Below are positions 1 to 7,905 of a DNA stretch of 24,160 nt, in pieces (the first letter of the stretch is position 1; the number at the start of each line of letters is the position of its first letter). The stretch lies in contig JANPLU010000077.1 of assembly GCA_031422435.1 (NCBI GenBank), positions 1-24,160 on the forward strand, given 5' to 3'. The position numbers and the translations under genes are program-made. The DNA comes from Acaryochloridaceae cyanobacterium VAR_48_metabat_390 (GTDB lineage: Bacteria; Cyanobacteriota; Cyanobacteriia; Thermosynechococcales; Thermosynechococcaceae). The notes beneath the pieces are model-generated. The model searched no databases, was not told where the DNA came from, and worked only from the letters and a program-made list of their open reading frames with translations.

Positions 1-140
1 CTTCAACTGTACGATGCGCCAACGAGTCTCACGATTAGTTCGTAAAACACTTTCCTTCTCCAAAAAACTGGAGAATCATATTGGGGCTATTTGGCTCTTT
101 GTGCATCATTACAATGCATCCTTACTTGTTTAGGACTACC
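1..140 (+). mobile_element. IS1-family insertion sequence, right end (transposase C-terminus plus terminal inverted repeat); extends beyond the left edge of the window
   Basis: The frame from nt 2 reads FNCTMRQRVSRLVRKTLSFSKKLENHIGAIWLFVHHYNASLLV* (TAG at 131-133), the typical IS1 InsB C-terminus. It is followed by GACTACC ending at 140 (reverse complement GGTAGTC, an IS1-type terminus). Not in the ORF track. Confidence 0.9.
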
Positions 141-1874
141 CATCTTGCATAGGCTTAACTCAGCTAATTTATGATCGCTAATATCTTCAGCAATTCCGGC
201 TATGCGGTATACGTGCCCTTCGGCATTCCGGATGGGGAAGGAGCGGTCTCGAATCCACCGGATTTCGCTGTCGGGTCTCAGAATTCGGTACTCTACATCG
301 TATTCTGACTGGAGTTGTGTAGGCAGCAGCGATCGCACTCGTTCTTGATCCTCAGGATGAATTGCGGTTAGCCATGCTGAAGGGTCTCGATATAACGACT
401 CGCAGGTGCTTCCCCATACCTTTTCGTAAGCAGGACTGATATAAAGTAGAGTCTCCTCCAAAATTCCAGTCATCCAAAAAACCTGGTTGAGATTCTCCGC
501 AAATTGCCTAAACTTTTCTTCGCTAGCTTGTAAAATTGTCTGGGCACTGAGAAGCTCCACCGTTCGCGCCTGCACACGAGCTTCTAATTCGGCATTCATT
601 TCTCTTAATGCCACTTCAGCTTTGATGCGATCGCTAATATCCCGTCCTTCTGGGATTAGCAGGATCACATTTCCGGCATCGTTAAAAATCGGCTGAATTG
701 AAAAATCTACGAAAATGGAGTTTCCGTTAGCCAAAATATGTTCAGCTTCAAACCGGACTAATTCTCCTTGGGCAGCGAAGTCTATCGCCTGTTTAAGCTG
801 TGCTTGCAACGCAAGAGAATGAGTCCACCAGGGCGTTGCCCAGAAGGGTTGACCCACGACATCAGTGAGCGTAGCTCCAATAGCCTCTAAAGCAGGTTGA
901 TTCGCTTCAATTAAAGTTCCTGCTGGGTTCAAAAGCCCAATAAATTGAAAGGTGCCATCGAAGATTGCGCGAAATTTTTGTTCGCTTTGCTTTAGATTTT
1001 CTTCGGCTTGTTTTTGATCGCTAATATCCTCTACTACATAGGCAAATCGGGCAGGGTGCCCCTCCTTCTGCTCTACAGCGGCGACGGTCGCAGATAACCA
1101 TCGGTGCCCTGCATCTGTTTCGTGTGGATATTCAAACTTTTGCGGCTGATGCATTCTTTGAGCCTCACGGTAGTGAGCCATCCACTGACCAATGTAGTCA
1201 GCAGAAATACCCATTTCGCTAGCGCGTTGATTTTGCATTTCGAGTGGCTTGATGCCGAACAGCCGAGCCGTTTCGGCATTGTCGGAAAGATGTAAGATGT
1301 CGTCCTCTAACAGTTCCACAACGCCCATCATCATTGGCGCACTGTCAAAAAAACTGCGCAGTATCGATTCGCGTTCCGCAAGCAAACGGTTGGTACGTCT
1401 TAGCTCCAACAGGTTAACCACTTGACGGCTTAAGGCTTGCAGTGTTTGAATTTGTTCTTCTGTAAGCTGCATGGGCACTGGGGCGATCACACAGAGTGTC
1501 CCGATCCGATAACCAGTGGACACAATGAGGGGAACCCCAGCATAAAATCGGATATTTGGTTCGCCCGTCACTAAAGGATTGTGGGCAAAGCGCTCATCCA
1601 ATAGGGCATCTTCAACCACCAAAGGGCGATCGCTTTGAATCGTATGGAGGCAGAAGGCTACAGATTTAGGCGTTTCTGAAAGAGTCAGCCCCTTTTTAGA
1701 CTTAAACCACTGGCGCGTTTGGTCGAGCAGACTGATTAAGGCAATGGGAGTCTGACAAATCTGGGCGGCCAAAGCAGTGAGATCGTCAAATTCAAGTTCC
1801 GAAGGCGTATCTAAGATGTCGTAAGCATGGAGTGCCTTTAACCGCTCTGCTTCCCCCCCATTATAATTTTTCAT
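141..1874 (-). pseudogene. GAF + three PAS/PAC-domain sensor protein (probable histidine kinase or diguanylate cyclase), interrupted by IS1 before its output domain
   Basis: N-terminal GAF (ERLKALHAYDILDT...IRFYAGVPL...GTLCV) and three PAS/PAC blocks ending in DISD motifs. After ...AELSLCKM (codon at 141-143) the frame runs into the IS1 end (GSPKQVRMHCNDAQRAK*), and no output domain is present. Confidence 0.85.
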
Positions 1875-2284
1875 GCGTGCTCTTTTCTACTTTTATGCAA
1901 ACGTTAAAATCTTGTTTAATCTTTAATTAATGAAATCTAGAAATAAAGAATTTTTAAAGGCTAATTTAATTTTCTGATGTCTAAAAATTTCAAGTGTTTG
2001 CGATCTTAATTTATTTGAATATTGATAATAGCTTTGCTTTTTGAAGATTTGATACACTCTGGCTAAAGCTTACAATTATTTGACACAAAAATCTATGTTT
2101 TTTGTTTCTTTAGTGTGCGAAAATAAAAACTTACTAGAACCAATTTTCTCTCGTTTCTGAGAATTTAAATCGAGATTTTATGGGTCAAATATTATCTTAA
2201 TATAATTAAAATACTTTTCAAGGAATAAGTAGTCATTAATGAAATTTCAGCTCAATTAAGAATTTATAAACACCAAAAGTATTT

Positions 2285-3154
2285 CTACAAGAAGTTGTCT
2301 CCAAAAAGGCTTTCATTTGAACTGCCAGAAAAGTTGCTCATTTCTTGAAGATACTCAGAAGTATAGATAGAAATAATTCTTCTGTAGTCCTCATTAATGC
2401 TTTCTTTTTCAAGTCTTTCAGGTAAATCGCGGATTAATTGGCAGCATTGGTTCATAAAATTTCTAGTCCATTCTCTAACACTGAGAATAGCAAGCGGATT
2501 GATTTTTTTGTCAGGATCTCCGCAAAATATGATCTCTGAAGAATATTTTATTTCAAACTGAAATAGCCATTCATTCTTAGGTCGAGAAATGTTCCAAAAG
2601 TTTGATGTAATTTTTGGCCCTAGAAAGCTGCATACGAAATGACTTAAATAATTGAGTGCATCTAGAATTAAATCAAGATCAGGCTCACTAATGATTTTCT
2701 TAGAAGCATGACTATAAATTTGACTAAACTTTTGAACACTGTCGCCTGCATGAACTTCTTTGATGATTTGCTCCGGCAATGAATCTTGATTTGATAATTC
2801 ATCAAATATTTTAATTGTTAGATTAATGTCTTCCTGCAACTTTGCGCATAGTTGTTTAGCTCTAAAAGATTTAACTACGTTATTATCATGCAGCACTAAA
2901 GTTAGAATTTTATACTTATCGTCCAATCGATAGAGATAAGCGTAGTAATCTTGTACTGAAAACTCAAGGAAGTCAGCATCTTCTGGCAAGCCAAAGATGA
3001 TACTCCGGATACTATGGATTAATTCTTTTTTTTGTAAATCTTTCTGAAGCGGTTCTTTAAAGTAAGAATTTGTGACAAACTTGGCCTGACAGAGCGTAAT
3101 ACCTAAGACGACGGGTATCTCCAAAAAACTTTTAATGTAAGCATCCTGCAACAT
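2285..3154 (-). CDS. conserved cyanobacterial hypothetical protein (roadblock-like N-terminal region)
   Basis: 289-aa open frame. The N-terminal FLEIPVVLGITL...FLEFSVQDYYAYLYRL and C-terminal FLGPKITSNFWNISRP...WL segments resemble an uncharacterised cyanobacterial family. Confidence 0.65.
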   Translation of the reverse strand: MLQDAYIKSFLEIPVVLGITLCQAKFVTNSYFKEPLQKDLQKKELIHSIRSIIFGLPEDADFLEFSVQDYYAYLYRLDDKYKILTLVLHDNNVVKSFRAKQLCAKLQEDINLTIKIFDELSNQDSLPEQIIKEVHAGDSVQKFSQIYSHASKKIISEPDLDLILDALNYLSHFVCSFLGPKITSNFWNISRPKNEWLFQFEIKYSSEIIFCGDPDKKINPLAILSVREWTRNFMNQCCQLIRDLPERLEKESINEDYRRIISIYTSEYLQEMSNFSGSSNESLFGDNFL

Positions 3155-3448
3155 ATCTTTATAAGATTAATTCGAAAAGTTATTAAATTTAGCCGCAGCA
3201 ATGCACGATGCCTGTCACTGGAGTTGCTGCGATAAGGTCATTAGACGTCTCCGATGCTTTTTGCTTCGTGCGATCGCAGGCGTTGTGCCATAAAAGTCTC
3301 TCGGAGATTCGATTTAGATCCCCAGCCTCCATATTTTTCAGTCTTTTCAAGAATATTCTAGATAGACTCTCTGATTAGAGTTCCCAAAACTTGATGGATT
3401 GAAACTGTCTATTGGGATCACTGTGTTAAAGAATGTATCGAAGCGAAT

Positions 3449-3484
3449 ACTGAGGGATTCTGTATCCTGGATACAGTCCTCAGT
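3449..3484. repeat. imperfect palindrome / hairpin in intergenic DNA
   Basis: ACTGAGG-GATT-CTGTATCC-T-GGATACAG-T-CCTCAGT has a perfect 8-bp inner inverted repeat and a 7-bp outer one. Confidence 0.7.
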
Positions 3485-3630
3485 CATATTCTAAATTCGT
3501 TGAATGAGATCGATCTCCGACTCTGCCTTCTGGAGAGCCGTCTTAGGGGTACGACCCAACTTTGAGGGTGGGTGGGTGATCGCATCGGGTATGTCTTCTA
3601 AACGATTTTCAATGGTGTGGTAGGCACTTC

Positions 3631-3760
3631 AGCATCACCGAGTGTACTTCTGGCAGACCTGTTGAATATTTTGACGACGCAGATCGCTCATCCATGCCAT
3701 TTCTGCATGATGTTTTTGGTCTAACTAATACTGGAGCCGCTGTGTGCTAAGGCTACGATC
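3631..3760 (-). pseudogene. relic resembling the N-terminal part of epoxyqueuosine reductase QueG
   Basis: The minus strand reads QRLQY*LDQKHHAEMAWMSDLRRQNIQQV and then, after a frameshift, LPEVHSVM. This resembles the cyanobacterial QueG segment RLQxWLxxGYHADMAWMANPKRQDIRQVMPEVRSVI. Confidence 0.55.
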
Positions 3761-3763
3761 GGT

Positions 3764-4027
3764 TTAGGGGATAGGTCTGGATAGCCAAATGCAGACAAGT
3801 GCGGCGACTCCAGGCAAGGTTTGAATTAAAAGCGTTGTGGGTTTTAGGGTGACTGCACCAAATAGGCCAGCAATGATAACGCAGGCTAAAAAGAAGATTT
3901 TGAGGGGTTAGCCCTCTGTGTCGGAAATGATGCCCCAGGTCAGGCCAGAGACGATAAACCCGTTATAAAGTTCGACGTTTGCAACGATAGCAGAGACTTT
4001 AGGGGCTTCTGTGAGGTCAAAGGTTAG
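3764..4027 (-). pseudogene. DUF1304-family membrane protein relic (N-terminus missing, one internal stop)
   Basis: Reads LTFDLTEAPKVSAIVANVELYNGFIVSGLTWGIISDTEG*PLKIFFLACVIIAGLFGAVTLKPTTLLIQTLPGVAALVCIWLSRPIP*. The ANxxLYNGF and KIFFLACVIIAGLFGA motifs match DUF1304. Internal TAA at 3908-3910. Confidence 0.75.
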
Positions 4028-4438
4028 TCAATCATGGATGATGCCAGTAACAATTTTCCAACCTTCAGAAGTTTGACGAAATGTGTAGGTGTAGCCGAAG
4101 CGCTCTAGAACAGAGCTGTCTGTTTTATAACGTGTTGCATTGCCAGTGATGCTCCCTAACGTTGCACTCAAAAGCTTAACTTGGGGGTCATCGTCCAGTT
4201 CGCTATGGTCAAATCCTCTCTTTTCTAAGTCTTTAAAAACTTTTTTGAACCCCAAAGCTGACTTAATCTTTCCAATAATACTTTTGTCCAATATGACAGG
4301 ATCTTTCTCGCGATCAACCAAAAGAATTGGATCGTGAAAAAAGGGGAATAAATTAGAGCCTTTTTTCGTATTAAAAGCTTTAATATATTCTTGAAACGTA
4401 GCCTTAATATTTTCGCTTGAGTGTGTCATGTTTTTCAA
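4028..4438 (-). CDS. NTF2/SnoaL-like fold protein
   Basis: 136 aa with IKATFQEYIKAFN at the N-terminus and YTYTFRQTSEGWKIV at the C-terminus, the pattern of NTF2-like domains. Confidence 0.7.
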   Translation of the reverse strand: MKNMTHSSENIKATFQEYIKAFNTKKGSNLFPFFHDPILLVDREKDPVILDKSIIGKIKSALGFKKVFKDLEKRGFDHSELDDDPQVKLLSATLGSITGNATRYKTDSSVLERFGYTYTFRQTSEGWKIVTGIIHD

Positions 4439-4455
4439 TCTTTGTGAAAATTAAT

Positions 4456-5211
4456 TTAACTTAAGAAATCGTGGATTAATTGAGCAGTTTTAGCTGCATG
4501 GCTAAAGGTGAAGCCGTGAGCGGAATTAGGTATGATTTCTAGTTTGGCATTAGGAATTTCTTTGACCAGGAAATCGCTATTGCTAGAAGGAATGGCGGTA
4601 TCGCTGTCTCCGGTGAGGATGAGGGTTGGGGCTGAAATTTTGGATAGGGTGTTGCAGGTGTTGTGGGTGCCAAGGGCTTTAAGTTGGCGTTGTAGTGCTT
4701 CGCCTTTGCTATGCAAGAGTTGCGCTTTGGCTAGATGCTCATTAAGGATTTGTTGATGGGCTTGGATATAGGGTGGGGTGAACAGCAGGTCTAGGAGGTT
4801 GCCGTTTAGAAGGGGGCTGAGGTCGCCAAATTGACTACAGGTGCTGCCTGCAAAGGTACAGCCGAGGATGAGTTTATCGACTTTGTTGGGGTGACGAAGG
4901 TCAAGTTGTTGGGCAATGGCTCCGCCCATGCTCACGCCAAAAATATAGGCTTTGGGAATTTTTAGGGCATCTAGCAGATTTGCGGTGTCGTCTGCCATAT
5001 CGGGAATGGTGTAGTCGCCTTGGGATTGGCTGGTTAAGCCTGCATCGCGGTTGTCGAAGAGGATGAGTTGATGGTTGGAGGCAAGGAGTGCGGGGAGTTC
5101 TGTGCCCCAATCAAGATGGCTGAAGCTTAGCCCCATGATCAGGAGTAGCGGTGAACCACTCCCTTGGATTTGGTAGTTTATGTCGATGTCGCCAACGGTT
5201 GTTTTTGGCAT
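4456..5211 (-). CDS. alpha/beta fold hydrolase (enol-lactonase-like)
   Basis: GVSMGG nucleophile elbow, FDNRDAGLT, PTLILTGDSD acid motif and AHGF catalytic His. Lies 17 bp upstream of the NTF2-like gene, so probably co-transcribed. Confidence 0.9.
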   Translation of the reverse strand: MPKTTVGDIDINYQIQGSGSPLLLIMGLSFSHLDWGTELPALLASNHQLILFDNRDAGLTSQSQGDYTIPDMADDTANLLDALKIPKAYIFGVSMGGAIAQQLDLRHPNKVDKLILGCTFAGSTCSQFGDLSPLLNGNLLDLLFTPPYIQAHQQILNEHLAKAQLLHSKGEALQRQLKALGTHNTCNTLSKISAPTLILTGDSDTAIPSSNSDFLVKEIPNAKLEIIPNSAHGFTFSHAAKTAQLIHDFLS

Positions 5212-5254
5212 AATTTTTTGGAGTAATAGGCTGAGAAAAAATTAAAGGAGCTAG

Positions 5255-5383
5255 CTGGGTGGTTCAGAAAACTCAATTTTGGGAAAATCCCAAATTGTAA
5301 TGAGGGCAGTGGGTTTCAGCCTCTATTTTGAGCGTTTATTCTGTTGTGCATGAGAATCTAAAAAGTTTTCTGCACCACTTAAG
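5255..5383. mobile_element. MITE-like non-coding element, copy 1
   Basis: Imperfect terminal inverted repeats GTGGTTCAGAAAACT ... AGTTTTCTGCACCAC and an internal TTTGGGA-AAA-TCCCAAA hairpin. Its reverse complement aligns over nearly the whole length to 9536-9702. Confidence 0.8.
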
Positions 5384-5540
5384 GTTCCTGGCTGAGACCC
5401 ATCGGGGCATCTCTCAGGAAAAACTCCGGTTGTATTTGAGCTTCTTTGAGCTTGTCTACAATGTCAAACGCAGAGGTAAAGCCTTGCTCAGTGCTTTCTT
5501 GGAGTCCTTACTTCTACCTCCCCTAAACACCTATTGAGCC
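5384..5540 (+). mobile_element. IS1595-family transposase C-terminal relic with right terminal repeat
   Basis: Reads SWLRP/(1-bp deletion)/HRGISQEKLRLYLSFFELVYNVKRRGKALL, an IS1595-type C-terminus, and ends in ATTGAGCC at 5540 (reverse complement GGCTCAAT). It starts immediately at the MITE boundary. Confidence 0.75.
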
Positions 5541-5565
5541 TAATTTTTTACCTTATTTAACATGA

Positions 5566-6276
5566 TTATTCACTTTTTGAAAACCACAGTTCATATAGTC
5601 TAGGACGAGTTGAAAGTTCATATCCTTTCAAATACTTAGTTACTGCTTTAGTATTTCTAGCCATGATAAAAGATGTGAGTAATTCTGCTTCTACTCTGTC
5701 AGACATTCTAAAGTATCGAAGCTGAGTTTCTTTAGGTATTGAACCCGTGATTGATATTTTTGGAACGATAAAATTATTTTCTCTAAGAAAATTGGCAATT
5801 TCATCTGCCTTTAATCTTTGACTTTCATTACTAATATGAAAATAAATTCGAGCAGGATTTTCAGTTATTGAAGATGACTTATTCGGGCTAAGCTCTATAT
5901 TAAGTTTTTCAATTTTGTCAATTATTTGAGTCTTGGCAGATGGATTCTTTTCTTTTTTTGCCTTCTCTTCAAGATCTTTTTTCTTTTGCTCTGTTTGAAC
6001 ATATTCTGCTTCAACATTTGTTGCGTACTCAGACCAACGCTTTCTCATCTCATCAGATCTAGTGACAGTAGCAAAGTACTGCGCAAATCTACGTCTTATG
6101 CCAACATCTTCTTGTAAAGCTTGTTGTACAAACTGACCAATGGATGTCTGTTCTTTGATTGTTATCTCTCTATTTTGGATGTGGTAGTTAATATTTGTCG
6201 AAATAAGACCTAATCCAATTGTTCCAACAACAAACTGAAAAAAATCAAAAATAATCTTAAGTTTTTCATTTTCCAT
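5566..6276 (-). CDS. hypothetical membrane-anchored protein with a coiled coil and a small C-terminal alpha/beta domain
   Basis: 236 aa: N-terminal hydrophobic helix (IIFDFFQFVVGTIGLGLIS), a charged coiled coil, and C-terminal RIYFHI...QLRYF...YELWF. Starts 3 bp after the lysozyme gene stop. Confidence 0.7.
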   Translation of the reverse strand: MENEKLKIIFDFFQFVVGTIGLGLISTNINYHIQNREITIKEQTSIGQFVQQALQEDVGIRRRFAQYFATVTRSDEMRKRWSEYATNVEAEYVQTEQKKKDLEEKAKKEKNPSAKTQIIDKIEKLNIELSPNKSSSITENPARIYFHISNESQRLKADEIANFLRENNFIVPKISITGSIPKETQLRYFRMSDRVEAELLTSFIMARNTKAVTKYLKGYELSTRPRLYELWFSKSE

Positions 6277-6279
6277 AGT

Positions 6280-7866
6280 TTACTTTTTAATTGAATGCAT
6301 CCAAATATTACTAGGATTATTCATTGATTCAGGTGAGCATACTTTAGCAATTAAACTATAAGAATAGTGTAACCCATCACCACTTTTAGACCGATCATAT
6401 CCCCAACTAAAATATTCACCGTGAGGGTCATTAACAATAAATCCATTGTCGTCATACCCTTTTACAACAATAATATGTCCTGGTGGAGTAAACATGCCAT
6501 GAATGATTACAGGATATCCTTGATCAATAGAATCTCTAATTTTTTTAAATGACCCATTGAACGTGAATTCATCTGAAAGATTAAAATTAGGATACTCGTC
6601 AACTAACTGCTTTAGATGTTCAGGATTTCCGCGATTTAAACTTTTTCTTCGTATAGTTTTCATTAATTGATCTTCAAGTTGACCACTACCATCTCCCTTG
6701 ACTCCATAGAATCTTAAGCACATTGCAACACAAGTAACATTGCAAGTTTCATAAGGGTCAATTACATTATCATTTTGAGATAGATAGGGAACCTTTAAAA
6801 TTCCTTTTGTGTTATCGAAGGTTCTTTGAAGAACTACATTTTCGTTGCTCTCAGCCTCACTAAAATTCCAATGATCTTTAAAAATCCACCAAGTACCTGC
6901 ATTATATTCTAGGCGAATTTGTTGGTTATTACCTTGCTCATCAACAAATTCATCAACTTCATAGTATTTTCCGCTAATTACTGATTTGAGTTGATTTGCT
7001 TCTAATTCTTGGGAATCTTTATTTTCTTTCTTGAGAAAAGTATACTGTCTAGCTCGAATAATTTTACTTTTTGAGCTTTGACTTGTTGTACCAGTACGAA
7101 TTTTTGTAAGACCCTTAAGCCAAAGGTCTCCTTCTGCTCCACGTCGCCGCCGTAATCCAGCCTCTACTGAAGAACCTGGATTGACATAAAGAAGCATGGC
7201 TTGGGCAACTGAGTCCCATTCTTTATCTCTTAAACAGTTACTAATAGTGTTGAACCCAGATGTTCCATAAAACCCAGCCCCTAAGTTATATGCGAAGCTG
7301 CAAAGTGCAGAACGCATTTCATCATTCATTCCATCCCAATTAGGAATAATTTCTTTTATCCGATCCCAATAATTATTTTTTAAGTCTTTGATAAAAAATT
7401 TATCAATTTCTTCTCTTGTCTTTAAATCATTTTCTTTAACTTTCTGGCCACCAGGATAGACAGTTGTCCCCCACCCAATTGTGTAAGGCTCTCCTCCAGA
7501 TTTTGGATCTGGATATGCTTTGACCATTGGGGGTTGAGACTTAATATCAGCTAAGCCTTCAAATTCTTGAATTAGTTTTATTGCAACTACGGGAACTCCA
7601 TTTGTATCTATAGTTATCCTCTTTGACTCTTTTCCCCCTGAAAGGGATAAAAAATATTCATCTACTAATTTTGATCTTTCATCATGTTCAGATTGACTGG
7701 CTTTATCAAAAACTTTTAGGAAACTTTCAGATACTTCGAGAAAATTTTTAGCTTTGACGTCATCTATTTTTTTTAGTCTCTCTATGTCTTGAATTAATTT
7801 CGTTCGTTGAGGGTTAGAGTTTAAACGATTTAGTAAATCCTTGATTTCATCAGTTGAGTTTGACAT
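6280..7866 (-). CDS. GH24 (phage-type) lysozyme fused to a C39-like cysteine peptidase
   Basis: GH24 motifs LIQEFEG...AYPDP..GGEPYTIGWGT, ALCSFAYNLG and GLRRRRGAEGDLW. C39 motifs LKVPYLSQNDN, CNVTCVAMCL, GHIIVVKGYD and FIVNDPHG. No signal peptide is evident. Confidence 0.9.
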   Translation of the reverse strand: MSNSTDEIKDLLNRLNSNPQRTKLIQDIERLKKIDDVKAKNFLEVSESFLKVFDKASQSEHDERSKLVDEYFLSLSGGKESKRITIDTNGVPVVAIKLIQEFEGLADIKSQPPMVKAYPDPKSGGEPYTIGWGTTVYPGGQKVKENDLKTREEIDKFFIKDLKNNYWDRIKEIIPNWDGMNDEMRSALCSFAYNLGAGFYGTSGFNTISNCLRDKEWDSVAQAMLLYVNPGSSVEAGLRRRRGAEGDLWLKGLTKIRTGTTSQSSKSKIIRARQYTFLKKENKDSQELEANQLKSVISGKYYEVDEFVDEQGNNQQIRLEYNAGTWWIFKDHWNFSEAESNENVVLQRTFDNTKGILKVPYLSQNDNVIDPYETCNVTCVAMCLRFYGVKGDGSGQLEDQLMKTIRRKSLNRGNPEHLKQLVDEYPNFNLSDEFTFNGSFKKIRDSIDQGYPVIIHGMFTPPGHIIVVKGYDDNGFIVNDPHGEYFSWGYDRSKSGDGLHYSYSLIAKVCSPESMNNPSNIWMHSIKK

Positions 7867-7905
7867 AGTTTATCTAATCCTAATATGTTTTACATTCAAA
7901 AATAC

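Noticed and set aside
3462..3474. possible NtcA box
   Set aside because: The spacing is GTA-N7-TAC, not N8.
5328..5537. 69-aa ORF in the ORF track
   Set aside because: Chimera of MITE sequence and a frameshifted IS1595 tail; not a real gene.
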